This document shows positions 36,781 through 46,725 of a stretch of 64,000 nucleotides of DNA, in pieces; the first letter of the stretch is position 1; each line of letters starts with the position of its first letter. Position numbers and translations under genes: made by a program. Source of the stretch: Candidatus Zhuqueibacterota bacterium (lineage in GTDB: Bacteria; Zhuqueibacterota; Zhuqueibacteria; Thermofontimicrobiales; Thermofontimicrobiaceae); NCBI GenBank assembly GCA_049322915.1, contig JBMOPW010000014.1, positions 986,774 through 1,050,773 of the forward strand, given 5' to 3'. Under the pieces are notes generated by a model. That model saw only the letters and a list, made by a program, of their open reading frames with translations, did not search any database and was not told the origin of the DNA.

Positions 36781-38202
36781 GTGGAATCGTATGGCTGGGT
36801 ATCGATTTTACCCCCGATCTTAGCAATTATTCTCGCTATTAAGACAAAGCAAGTCTATCCTTCTCTCTTTCTGGGCATCTGGTTGGGCTGGACGGCAGTG
36901 AACCACTGGAATCCGCTGGTTGGCTTGCGCGACGCCCTCGAAGCTACGGTGAATATTTTCAAAGACTCTGCCAACACCAAGGTGATTATTTTCAGCATGA
37001 TGGTGGGAGCGCTCATCATTTTAATGCAGCATTCGGGCGGCGTGACCGGATTCATTCAGTGGATCAGTAACAAAGGGCTTGTGAATAACCGCCGCGGCGC
37101 CGGCTTACTTTTATGGGTCATCGGCGTTCTTATTTTCATTGAAAGCAATATGATCAATCTGGTCATTGGATCGATTGGCCGTCCTATTTTTGACAGATTC
37201 AAAGCGCCTCGGGAGAAACTGGCCTACCTGGCCCACTCCACGTCAGTGCCAGTCTGCGTGATGATCCCCTTTAATGGCTGGGGCGCAGTCCTTACCGGAC
37301 TGCTTCTTGCCCAACAAATCGAGAATCCGTTTTTTACAGTGTTGAAGGCGGTGACGACCAACTTCTATGCTATTTTCACAATCATTTTGGTGTTATTCAT
37401 CATCATCACCCAGAAAGATTTTGGCCCCATGGCAAAGGCGGAAAAACGCGCCAGAGAGACTGGCAAGCTCGTTCGCGACGGCGCTCGGTTGCTTGTCTCT
37501 GAAGATACTATTGCCATGAGGGTGAAAGCGGGCGTCACGCCGCGGCCTGTGAACATGATTGTCCCACTCATCGCTATGGTTCTCACCGTTCCCCTGGGAC
37601 TTCTCATTACCGGCCAGGGCCGCATTGCTCAGGGCTCCGGTTCAACCGCGGTGTTCTGGGCCGTATTGATGGGAATTTTTATCGCGGCAATGCTGTACAA
37701 AGTTCAAAAAATATTTTCACTCACTGAAATTCTGGATCTGGTCATGAAAGGGATGGGCGGGCTCATCCCCATGGGATTGCTGATGGTCTTTGCGTTCACA
37801 ATGGGCGCCACATGCAACAAAATGGGCACCGGCCCTTATGTTGCAGGCCTTGCCACGGCTGCGATCCATCCCGTGCTGGTCATTCCGCTTGTCTTTTTAG
37901 TCGCGTGCTCCATTTCATTTGCTACCGGGACGTCCTGGGGGACATTTGCGATTATGATGCCCATCGCTGTCCCATTGGCGATCAATATGGATCTGAACCT
38001 GGCGTTGATGGTCAGCGCGGTTATGGGCGGAGGTGTGTTCGGCGACCACTGCTCCCCGGTGTCCGATACGACCATCATTTCATCCATGGCATCTGCATGC
38101 GATTATATCGATCACGTCGATACCCAATTGCCGTACGCCCTTACCGCTGCCGGATTGGCGTTGGTCTTCTATACAATTGCGGGTTACCTGACTCTCAGTT
38201 AA
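36781..38202 (+). CDS. Na+/H+ antiporter NhaC family transporter
   Basis: SILPPILAI, REKLAY, SFATGTSWGTF, GGVFGDHCSPVSDTT, HV.TQLPYA. Confidence 0.9.
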   Translation: MESYGWVSILPPILAIILAIKTKQVYPSLFLGIWLGWTAVNHWNPLVGLRDALEATVNIFKDSANTKVIIFSMMVGALIILMQHSGGVTGFIQWISNKGLVNNRRGAGLLLWVIGVLIFIESNMINLVIGSIGRPIFDRFKAPREKLAYLAHSTSVPVCVMIPFNGWGAVLTGLLLAQQIENPFFTVLKAVTTNFYAIFTIILVLFIIITQKDFGPMAKAEKRARETGKLVRDGARLLVSEDTIAMRVKAGVTPRPVNMIVPLIAMVLTVPLGLLITGQGRIAQGSGSTAVFWAVLMGIFIAAMLYKVQKIFSLTEILDLVMKGMGGLIPMGLLMVFAFTMGATCNKMGTGPYVAGLATAAIHPVLVIPLVFLVACSISFATGTSWGTFAIMMPIAVPLAINMDLNLALMVSAVMGGGVFGDHCSPVSDTTIISSMASACDYIDHVDTQLPYALTAAGLALVFYTIAGYLTLS

Positions 38203-38642
38203 ATCCGCGGGTCAATGTTTGAATTGCTCAGGAGGAGTGGGCTATACCTTCGCGCAAATGATATTTTTGCATCAGGCCTCATTATTACCTAAATTGAGCG
38301 ATTAGCTGTCAGCATTCAGCCATCAGTTCTAAAAAATTCAATCAGATAAGCCTGGCACACTTGTTCAGTTTTTAGGTGAGTTGAGCGCTTGTATATAACG
38401 TAATGTCATTTCTTTAGTTGAGCGCTGATCGCTGTAGGCTGACCGCTTATTTTACATATTATAGAAATTCTGATTCATGAGGTTTTGGAAATTTTATGTT
38501 CATTGGAACTGTTCAGGCTGGAGTCGCATTTCGCCCGGCGTACCGACAATCGCTCTATCATTGTCGGACAACGAATCAGGCGAATATCAATTCTGAAGAA
38601 TCGAATGTGCGGTATCTGATAATATAAGTGGAGGAAAAATTC

Positions 38643-39653
38643 TTGGATAAAATCAAAATTGGCGTCATCGGAGTCGGTCATCTCGGTCGATTTCATGTGT
38701 CAAATTATAAAAACATTCCCGACGCTGACATTGTGGGAGTTTACGATGCGAACCCTGCGCGGTGTGAGGAAATAGCGAATGAATTTCACGTGCCGATGTA
38801 CAGTCAGGTCGACGCGTTAATAAAGGACATACAGGCTGCCAGTATTGTGGTGCCAACAAGTTTCCATTTTGATATCGCCAGGAAATGTTTCGAGCAAGGC
38901 ATCCACTGTCTGGTCGAAAAACCCGTGACAACAACGTTGGCCGAAGCCGATGAATTGCTTCAGATTGCAAAGCGACGAAATCTCATTTTTCAGGTCGGCC
39001 ATATCGAGCGTTTCAATCCGGCGATTCTGGCGCTGAATGATTTTCAACTGAATCCCATGTTCATCGAAAGCCATCGTCTGGCATCGTTCAATCCCCGCGG
39101 CACGGATGTGGCTGTCGTGCTGGATTTGATGATTCACGATATCGATATCATATTGAACCTGGTGAAGAGCCCGGTCAATAAAATTGACGCCAGCGGTGTG
39201 GCCGTTATTTCCAATGAAGTGGACATAGCCAATGCCCGCCTTAGTTTCGAAAATGGCGGTGTGGCCAATGTCACTGCCAGCCGAATTTCACAGAAGGCCA
39301 TGCGCAAAATGCGACTGTTCCAGCGAAGTGGCTATATTGGCATCGATTTTTTGCAAAAATTCTCCGAGGTCTACCGGCTGGTTGGCCAGGACGATGCAGC
39401 GCAGCTTCAGCCCAATCAATTTCCTATCGAATTGGGTCAGGTGGATCAGTTCAATCGACCGCTGAAAATCATTTACGAGCGTCGGGAAGTGCCGGAGGCC
39501 AATGCGCTGAAAATGGAACTGGAGTCGTTCCTGCACTGCATCCGGGATGGCAATCAGCCGGTCGTCAGCGGCGAGCAAGGCCGGGAGGCGCTGCGCGTTG
39601 CCATTGAAATTACTGAAAAAATAAAGGCTCAAATATCGCGGCTGATGCCGTGA
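38643..39653 (+). CDS. Gfo/Idh/MocA oxidoreductase, GnnA-like
   Basis: GVIGVGHLG, VEKP, VGHIERFNP, VVLDLMIHDID, NVTASRIS; directly upstream of lpxB; TTG 38643 follows GGAGG (GTG 38628 is the alternative start). Confidence 0.88.
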   Translation: MDKIKIGVIGVGHLGRFHVSNYKNIPDADIVGVYDANPARCEEIANEFHVPMYSQVDALIKDIQAASIVVPTSFHFDIARKCFEQGIHCLVEKPVTTTLAEADELLQIAKRRNLIFQVGHIERFNPAILALNDFQLNPMFIESHRLASFNPRGTDVAVVLDLMIHDIDIILNLVKSPVNKIDASGVAVISNEVDIANARLSFENGGVANVTASRISQKAMRKMRLFQRSGYIGIDFLQKFSEVYRLVGQDDAAQLQPNQFPIELGQVDQFNRPLKIIYERREVPEANALKMELESFLHCIRDGNQPVVSGEQGREALRVAIEITEKIKAQISRLMP

Positions 39654-39713
39654 GGCCAACTCATTTTCGGCTTTTTTTGATAACAGAATTTGAAATGAAT
39701 CAGGAAGAATTAC

Positions 39714-40847
39714 ATGTCATATAAAGTCATGATCATTGCCGGCGAAGCGTCTGGCGATTTGCATGCTTCAGGCCTTGTGCGCGCGATGCTGAGGCGTGAG
39801 CCTGGTCTGGAAGTTTTTGGCATCGGCGGTGATCGGATGCGTGAGCTGGGGGTGCGGCTTCTACACCATATTTCAGAGATGAGCGTGCTCGGTTTCGTGG
39901 ATGTGCTGAAGCATATCCGATTTTTTAAACGCGTCTATCACAAACTCGTTGCTGCAATGGATGAGGAGCGGCCGAACCTTCTCATTTTGATCGACTACCC
40001 CGGCCTCAATTTGAAATTGGCCACGGCAGCCAGAGCGCGTGGCATCAACGTGCTGTATTATATCGCACCGCAGGTTTGGGCCTGGGGCGCCGGACGTATA
40101 AAGCACATGGCGCAATGTGTGGATAAAATGGCGGTGATCCTTCCGTTCGAGGAACAATTGTATCGCTCTGCCGGAATCGATGCCACGTTCGTGGGGCATC
40201 CCTTGCTGGAAGTTGTCCGGAATAGTCTTGAAAAAGAAGCATTTCAAAAACAGCACGCATTGGAAGTCGACCAAAAAACGATCGGGCTGTTGCCCGGCAG
40301 CCGGCACCTGGAAGTGAAACGGCTGTTGCCTGAGATGCTTCGGGTAGTTGAACAACTGCGCGCTGATTTCCCGGGAATTCAGGCCATCATTGGGCAGGCA
40401 GATACCGTGGAAGAATCAGTGTACCGGCACATCTGTTCTGAATTTCCCGAAGCAAAATTGGTGACAAAGAATACCTATAATATAATGAAATTTTCGGATG
40501 CCCTGATTGTGGCATCGGGAACGGCGACGCTGGAATCTGCATTGTTCGCAACGCCCATGATCATTGTTTATAAAGTCGATGCGATCTCGTATTTGATCGG
40601 CAGGCAATTGGTGAAAATCGATTCAATCGGTCTGGTGAATGTCATCGCCGGGAAAAAGATAGTGCCAGAATTCATTCAGGGAGAGTTACGCGCGTCCGGA
40701 ATGGCGCCAGTCATGAAGATGTTATTGTCGAACCGGGAGGCTCGTATTCGAATGATGGACGATCTTCGAAAAATCAGAGAAAAACTGGGTGAGCCTGGCG
40801 CATCCGACCGCACCGCCGCCATGGCGATGGAATTGATCAGGAATTGA
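39714..40847 (+). CDS. lpxB: Lipid-A-disaccharide synthase
   Basis: AGEASGD, IDYPGLN, PQVWAW, ILPFE, VGHP, LLPGSR, SGTATLE. Confidence 0.96.
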   Translation: MSYKVMIIAGEASGDLHASGLVRAMLRREPGLEVFGIGGDRMRELGVRLLHHISEMSVLGFVDVLKHIRFFKRVYHKLVAAMDEERPNLLILIDYPGLNLKLATAARARGINVLYYIAPQVWAWGAGRIKHMAQCVDKMAVILPFEEQLYRSAGIDATFVGHPLLEVVRNSLEKEAFQKQHALEVDQKTIGLLPGSRHLEVKRLLPEMLRVVEQLRADFPGIQAIIGQADTVEESVYRHICSEFPEAKLVTKNTYNIMKFSDALIVASGTATLESALFATPMIIVYKVDAISYLIGRQLVKIDSIGLVNVIAGKKIVPEFIQGELRASGMAPVMKMLLSNREARIRMMDDLRKIREKLGEPGASDRTAAMAMELIRN

Positions 40848-40879
40848 TGTCGGACAGGCAAGCAGGTCACGGGGATACC

Positions 40880-41542
40880 ATGAAAAATAAGTTCGTACAG
40901 AAAATTATCTTTTTCCTGGCGATTAAATTGGGCTCGCTGTTCATCATGGCGTTGGGAAAAAGCATCCGAGTCACAGTCATCAACAAAGAGTATCTGGATG
41001 CATTATACAATGAGAACGCCAGAATACTTTTCGTCCTCTGGCATGGCAGAATGTTCATTCCAATTTTTTGCCATCGAAATCAGGGAATCACGGCCATGGT
41101 GAGTCAGCATGCCGATGGCGAAATGATTGCTCAAATGGTGCACAAGCTGGGCTATCGAACGGTTCGCGGTTCCAGTACAAGAGGGGGAAATGAGGCATTC
41201 CATGGCATGGTCAGCGTCCTGAAAACAGGCGCTCCCTGCGCTATCATTCCCGATGGGCCACAGGGTCCGCGACACATGCTGAAACCGGGAGCATTGTATA
41301 TTTCGCAACAGTGCGGTGCCTATCTTTGCCCCATCACCTTTGCTTCGAAGCGGAAGAAAGAATTCAGAAGCTGGGACCGATTTTACCTGCCCGGCCCATT
41401 TACGAAGAGCGTGCTGGTGTATGGCGAGCCGATGCGAGTCCCGCAAAATATATCGGCTGAACAACTGGAAGAGATTCGGCAACAGTTTGAGGCGGGAATG
41501 ATCGATTTGGAAAAGCAGGCAGATGACTATTTTCCATCATAA
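40880..41542 (+). CDS. DUF374 lysophospholipid acyltransferase family protein (LpxJ-like)
   Basis: LWHG, SQHADGE, VRGSSTRGG, PDGPQGP, SWDRF..P.PF; between lpxB and lpxK. Confidence 0.85.
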   Translation: MKNKFVQKIIFFLAIKLGSLFIMALGKSIRVTVINKEYLDALYNENARILFVLWHGRMFIPIFCHRNQGITAMVSQHADGEMIAQMVHKLGYRTVRGSSTRGGNEAFHGMVSVLKTGAPCAIIPDGPQGPRHMLKPGALYISQQCGAYLCPITFASKRKKEFRSWDRFYLPGPFTKSVLVYGEPMRVPQNISAEQLEEIRQQFEAGMIDLEKQADDYFPS

Positions 41543-42596
41543 ATTTTTCCAGTATGCGTTGTATCCATTCTCTCTGGTCTATGGTCTCGTTGTGTGGCTG
41601 CGGAATCGGTGCTATGATCTGGGTCTCTTCAAAACATACCGGGTCGAACAGTGCACGGTCATCAGCGTCGGAAATATTTCCGTTGGAGGAACTGGCAAAA
41701 CGCCGGTGATACAATTATTAGCTTCCTTAATAAAACAGAGAAAAAAGAAAGTCGCCGTGCTGAGTCGGGGCTATGGCCGGCAGAGCAAAGGCACCCGGAT
41801 TGTCTCCGATGGAAATAAAATTCTGGGCAATGCCAGGGACTGCGGCGACGAACCTGTCCTGTTAGCGCAGCGTCTTGAAGGCGTACCTGTTGTGGTTGAA
41901 GGCGATCGTTACAAAGGCGCGCAATTCATCGTGGAACAATTTAGTCCTGACGTCATTTTATTAGATGATGCGTTTCAGCATCGGAGATTGCATCGGGATT
42001 TTGACATTGCCCTCGTCGATGCCCGCGTTGGTTTTGGGGGTGAATTTCTTTTACCGGCCGGTTTTCTGCGCGAACCTGTGAGCAGCCTCAAACGCGCCGA
42101 TCTTATCTGGCTGACGCGCACAGATCAATCCGGCGAGCTAACAAGTATCATCGGGCGGATCGAGACTGTCACGAAGGTAGCGAAAATTGAAAGTGTGCAT
42201 GAAGCGACTGCCCTGGTCTCGTGTTCCACCGGCGAAGCGCTGTCGCTTTCACAACTCCTGAATAAAAGAGTCCTGCTTTTCTCAGGTATTGGTCATCCTG
42301 ATTCGTTTGAGCTGACCGTGGCCGGCTTCAAACCAAACCTCGTTGGACATGTACGATTCTCCGATCATCACCGGTATCGTCGCTCAGACATCGACATGAT
42401 TGTGAAGATGGGGGAGACATCGGAAGCGGATTTCATTGTGACAACTGAGAAAGATTTTGTTAAAATTGTCGACTGGGTTCAGGAATATCCCATGCTTTAC
42501 TTTGTTGCCATCTCAATTAAAATCACAGGCGGGACAGGGCTGGGCACTTCAACGTTGAGAGAATTATTCATTCAAACAAGCGATTCAGAAAACTAA
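41523..42596 (+). CDS. lpxK: Tetraacyldisaccharide 4'-kinase
   Basis: VGNISVGGTGKTP, LSRGYG, GDEP, LDDAFQH, LLPAG.LRE, FSDHH, TTEKD. Confidence 0.96.
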   Translation: MTIFHHKFFQYALYPFSLVYGLVVWLRNRCYDLGLFKTYRVEQCTVISVGNISVGGTGKTPVIQLLASLIKQRKKKVAVLSRGYGRQSKGTRIVSDGNKILGNARDCGDEPVLLAQRLEGVPVVVEGDRYKGAQFIVEQFSPDVILLDDAFQHRRLHRDFDIALVDARVGFGGEFLLPAGFLREPVSSLKRADLIWLTRTDQSGELTSIIGRIETVTKVAKIESVHEATALVSCSTGEALSLSQLLNKRVLLFSGIGHPDSFELTVAGFKPNLVGHVRFSDHHRYRRSDIDMIVKMGETSEADFIVTTEKDFVKIVDWVQEYPMLYFVAISIKITGGTGLGTSTLRELFIQTSDSEN

Positions 42597-42699
42597 AGGC
42601 TGTATAAATTTTCTATCTGTTGAAAAAGTGCTTGTAAATTTAAATTAAATTTTTTATTATACAACTGACAGAATATAGGGCAAGCGACAGGAGAATAAC

Positions 42700-44082
42700 G
42701 TGACAAATTCGGGACGGATTTATAATATATTAGTCGTCGATGATGATAAAAATATCGGGAAGCTCATCAAGAGTATTCTGCTCCTCGAGAAAAATTATGA
42801 AGTCGTCAATGTCATCAACGGCGAAGCGTGTTTGAAGTTCATTCAGGAGCAATTGCCAGACCTGGTCATCATGGATATTCAGATGCCAGGCATCGATGGG
42901 ATCGAAGCGCTGAAGAAGATAAAGGAGTTCGATTCCCGCATTCCCGTCGTGATGATGTCCGCCCACGGCAGCATCGAAAAAGCGGTGAAGTCAATGAAGC
43001 TTGGCGCTTACGATTTTATCACCAAGCCCCTGGACCAGGATCGGCTACTGATCACCGTGAAAAATGCGTTGATGACCAGTTCCCTCAAACAGGAAGTGGA
43101 CGAATTAAAAAGTGAACTGAAACAGAAATATACCTTCAGCAATATTGTCGGGCAAAGCGGCGTCATGCAGGAGGTGTTCAAATCAGTTGAAAAAGTTGTG
43201 AACAGCAACGTGACCGTTTTGATACAGGGAGAAAGCGGGACTGGAAAAGAGCTCATTGCACGGGCAATTCATTATCATAGTAAAATCAGGGCGAGTAAAG
43301 CGTTCGTGGCTGTGAACTGCACTGCATTGCCTGAATCGCTGCTGGAAAGCGAGTTGTTCGGTCATGAGAAAGGCTCGTTCACTGGCGCTTCAGGTCGACG
43401 CATCGGGCGATTTGAACAGGCGAATAATGGGACGATTTTCCTCGATGAAGTGGGATTGATGACGCCCACCACGCAGGCAAAAGTGCTGCGGGTTTTGCAG
43501 GAGCGCGAATTTGAGCGCGTCGGTGGCGCTGAACTGATCAAAGTTGACGTCCGGGTCATTTCAGCCACCAACCGCGATCTCGAAGATGCCATGAAAAAGA
43601 GTGAGTTTCGCGAAGATTTGTATTATCGAATCTCAGTGTTCCCCATCAGACTACCGTCATTACGGGAGCGAAAAGAGGACATACCGCTTCTGGCTGCCCA
43701 TTTCCTGAAAAAATATAGCGACCAGGAGAATAAACAGATAGAGGGGATTTCGCCTGACGCTTTGGAATTGTTGATGGCATACAACTGGCCTGGCAATGTC
43801 AGGGAATTGGAAAATGCGATCGAACGCGCAGTCGTCCTGTCAAATGACGATGAAATAACAGCTAAGGAATTGCCATCGGCGGTGCGTTCACTTGGCGAGA
43901 AAAAATTATATGAAGCAGATAATACACTTTCAAGTTGGATAGAGAAATTGGAGGAAGAAGCGCTGCGCCAGGCTTTATTGGAGAACGAGGGAAATATTTC
44001 CAAGACGGCCAAAAAGCTTGGAATTGGTCGCGCGACAATCTATCGCAAGGCGAAGAAGTATGGCCTGCCGATGGTGAAGTAA
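42700..44082 (+). CDS. Sigma54-dependent response regulator (NtrC family)
   Basis: Receiver domain, GESGTGKE, ESELFGHEKGSFTGA, FLDE, WPGNVREL, Fis-type HTH. Confidence 0.96.
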   Translation: MTNSGRIYNILVVDDDKNIGKLIKSILLLEKNYEVVNVINGEACLKFIQEQLPDLVIMDIQMPGIDGIEALKKIKEFDSRIPVVMMSAHGSIEKAVKSMKLGAYDFITKPLDQDRLLITVKNALMTSSLKQEVDELKSELKQKYTFSNIVGQSGVMQEVFKSVEKVVNSNVTVLIQGESGTGKELIARAIHYHSKIRASKAFVAVNCTALPESLLESELFGHEKGSFTGASGRRIGRFEQANNGTIFLDEVGLMTPTTQAKVLRVLQEREFERVGGAELIKVDVRVISATNRDLEDAMKKSEFREDLYYRISVFPIRLPSLRERKEDIPLLAAHFLKKYSDQENKQIEGISPDALELLMAYNWPGNVRELENAIERAVVLSNDDEITAKELPSAVRSLGEKKLYEADNTLSSWIEKLEEEALRQALLENEGNISKTAKKLGIGRATIYRKAKKYGLPMVK

Positions 44083-44092
44083 TCGAACTTAG

Positions 44093-44129
44093 AAAAGACT
44101 GATAGCACATGCGTCAGTCTTTTTTATTT
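44093..44129 (+). terminator. Intrinsic terminator after the NtrC-family gene
   Basis: AAAAGACTGA-loop-TCAGTCTTTT followed by a T-tract. Confidence 0.7.
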
Positions 44130-44430
44130 ACAGCTATTCGACTACCCGTTGAAAGGTAGCTTCCTGCTTCCCGGGGAGGCTGAAAAGTGTTACGCCTCCG
44201 GGCAGGACGAATATCTCGTTCCTGTCTGCTGCATCATTATCTTCAAATTGTTTCCTCTTCATTTATTGAATAACTCCCACATACAACACCATATCTTTCT
44301 CAAAAAGAGAATTCCCTTTTTTTGCAAGCAGTTGGAAATCCGATTTTTCCACATTGTGAGATAACATCATTATCGAACAAGGGATTAGCACGTTTGAAAA
44401 ATCGCATTTTTTCCACAGTGGTTTCTTTGA

Positions 44431-44508
44431 TGTCTCATTATGAAAACCCTTCATTGTGCTATATTGAAACATTTGTTTCAGTACTATACATCGTCTCAAT
44501 GTATAACA
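44431..44508. promoter_or_regulatory. Four tandem 17-bp TGT-N11-ACA-type sites (putative enhancer-binding-protein UAS)
   Basis: TGTCTCATTATGAAAAC (44431), TGTGCTATATTGAAACA (44455), TGTTTCAGTACTATACA (44474), CGTCTCAATGTATAACA (44492); 80-155 bp upstream of a -24/-12 box. Confidence 0.55.
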
Positions 44509-44584
44509 GAATAATCAAAAGACATAACCATAATAGAATCAATATTAATAAACTGATAGGAAAAACTAAAATTCAAAATATTAA

Positions 44585-44600
44585 TGGTATAAAAGTTGCA
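44585..44600 (+). promoter_or_regulatory. Sigma54 (-24/-12) promoter
   Basis: TGGTATAAAAGTTGCA, correct GG-N10-GC spacing, 54 nt before ATG 44654. Confidence 0.65.
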
Positions 44601-44653
44601 ATTAATGAGAAATATCAATTTTATAGCATATTAACCCAAAATTTGAAAAGTGA

Positions 44654-45778
44654 ATGGAATCAGGAAAAATAGTCCCATTAGTGCGCAAGATTTGTGCCTG
44701 TAGATATTCTCCCAGTGATCTCACAGATTTTGTAAACATTTCCCAGAAGATAGCCATCAGCTATTTGAAATATTTGGAGGTCATTGGTCGGAATATCCGG
44801 CCCAAAAAATCAGAGGGGGTAAATGAATTAGAAGATGTTGCAATTGATTGCATTGCCGGATTATTCATGCGAAATGAAAACGGTGAATTCATTCAATTGC
44901 AACGTTATTTTGAACCACAGATAAGGCAGTCGTCCGAATTCAGTGAAATTGAAGCTGCCAGCATGCTTCGCAGATTGATTGTCAAAAAGACAAAGCAAGA
45001 GTTGTCCCGAATTTTCAGAGAACGCGATCCTGAAGGTGCGAAAATAATCCGAAACATTAAAGTCGCCATCCGAAGCTCGAATGAATTGACGTCTTTCAGG
45101 GAGATGGGGCGTGAATTTGTTTATCTCGAATCGGTGTCCGACGATGATACGGTAGCCGAAGAGAATCTCTTTTTGAACGTAGCAAATTCAGCGGACGTCG
45201 ATGTGATGCCACGGACTTCTCTCAAATCGGAGCGATTGAAAAATCCGATTCCTGAAAAAGTGCTGTTTCAAAGTTTTCTTCATAAGTACAATCCGTCCGA
45301 TTCTGTGGCAACGATGATGAAGAAAATGTTGACCATTGTCGGTGACCACCCTGATTATCAGAGGTACCTGGCGATTGATGTTATTGCTTCCATCATTCGC
45401 GACGTCACTTTCCAGCACGTCCGCGAGAAGCTTTCGAACACAGTGGATAACCATTCACCGATGAGCGATTTGCAGACGAAAGAAATCGACCAGGTCAACG
45501 TGGCAATTATTGAACTGATTCAGAAGAAGATCAATCAGCAATACCTGGTCAAGAAAAAGGTATCGCCGGAAAAGGCGAATATTTATGGCCGGGCGATCGT
45601 CGATTTTGTCCATGAAATGACCCAGGGAAAAGAGACTGATTCCAATTTCAAATATTTGAAACGTTACATTCCCACCTTGACTCAGCAGCAATACCGGGAA
45701 AATGAACGGTCCATATTTGAGTACCTGGTTAAAATTACCAAAAAATCACTAAGAAAAAAACTAAAAGAGCTATTATAA
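44654..45778 (+). CDS. Hypothetical helical protein, possibly a divergent ECF sigma-factor-like protein
   Basis: 374 aa; N-terminal LEDVAIDCIAGLF ... LRRLIVKKTKQELSRIF loosely resembles sigma region 2; followed by a ZAS-motif gene. Confidence 0.5.
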   Translation: MESGKIVPLVRKICACRYSPSDLTDFVNISQKIAISYLKYLEVIGRNIRPKKSEGVNELEDVAIDCIAGLFMRNENGEFIQLQRYFEPQIRQSSEFSEIEAASMLRRLIVKKTKQELSRIFRERDPEGAKIIRNIKVAIRSSNELTSFREMGREFVYLESVSDDDTVAEENLFLNVANSADVDVMPRTSLKSERLKNPIPEKVLFQSFLHKYNPSDSVATMMKKMLTIVGDHPDYQRYLAIDVIASIIRDVTFQHVREKLSNTVDNHSPMSDLQTKEIDQVNVAIIELIQKKINQQYLVKKKVSPEKANIYGRAIVDFVHEMTQGKETDSNFKYLKRYIPTLTQQQYRENERSIFEYLVKITKKSLRKKLKELL

Positions 45779-45980
45779 TTTTCCGTAAAAAAGGAGACTT
45801 GTTTGTATATACTATGTAAACTTAAATAGAATATAACGCCACAAGGCAACAGAACGGGACTTAACTATTTTGAGCTTTTGGGGATCAACAACAAAATCGT
45901 AATTCGATAGAATATTCAACCAAGTAGAAATAGCGTGAGTCCTTTTTTGTTTTAGGACATTTCGATGATTCATTCAAATC

Positions 45981-46577
45981 ATGAGAAATAGAGAGAAAAA
46001 CGATTGCCCTGATCTGCTTCTCATCGAAGCCTATGCTTCGAAGCAGAAGCTATCTAATGAAGATCAATCCCTTCTGTTGAAACATCTTGAGCTTTGTAAT
46101 CGGTGCAGTGATATAGCGACAGAGCTCCAGCGGTACTATGAAATCTTCAATGACGAAATAAGAAAACCTGCCCATAATTCCTTGTTCAAGTTAGTCGATA
46201 AAATCGAGCAGGGACGTGTCATCGTAGCGGGCGTCTTACTGCATCCTGAAGAGCCGCTGAACTCTCATGTCACGCTTGGATACCATTCCGAGATTGTGCT
46301 GACAAACGAAAATCTTCAACCCGTTGATCTTGATGATCTGGACTGCATCCCCGTCGATGAAGATGATATTCTCATTCGAGCGATCCAATCTATCTCAACG
46401 TTGGAAACTACGTTGTATTTGTACTCGCACAAAGAAAAACTGTATCACAATGTGACGCTTGAAATGGAGTCGGGTCAGAAAGTATATTCGAGCGATCAAG
46501 TAGGAAAAATCGAAGTTGGCAGTTTCGATTTGAATAGCCTGGACAACCAGTACATTTTAGTGACTCCGAAGCGATAA
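45981..46577 (+). CDS. Zinc-binding anti-sigma (zf-HC2/ZAS)-like soluble protein
   Basis: C-x25-H-x3-C-x2-C (CPD...KHLELCNRC) at the N-terminus; no TM helix. Confidence 0.6.
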   Translation: MRNREKNDCPDLLLIEAYASKQKLSNEDQSLLLKHLELCNRCSDIATELQRYYEIFNDEIRKPAHNSLFKLVDKIEQGRVIVAGVLLHPEEPLNSHVTLGYHSEIVLTNENLQPVDLDDLDCIPVDEDDILIRAIQSISTLETTLYLYSHKEKLYHNVTLEMESGQKVYSSDQVGKIEVGSFDLNSLDNQYILVTPKR

Positions 46578-46725
46578 TCGATGTTGCACCGTTCCCCTGT
46601 GAGTGATTTTAAATTTCAGAAAATTTACCGATTCCTTCTGTTTGCTTCCCCATCAGAGATGTGTTATCTCAATTCCAAAATTAATAGCTGTTTTATCCTG
46701 ATTTATTTTACAATTTTCCGTGTAT

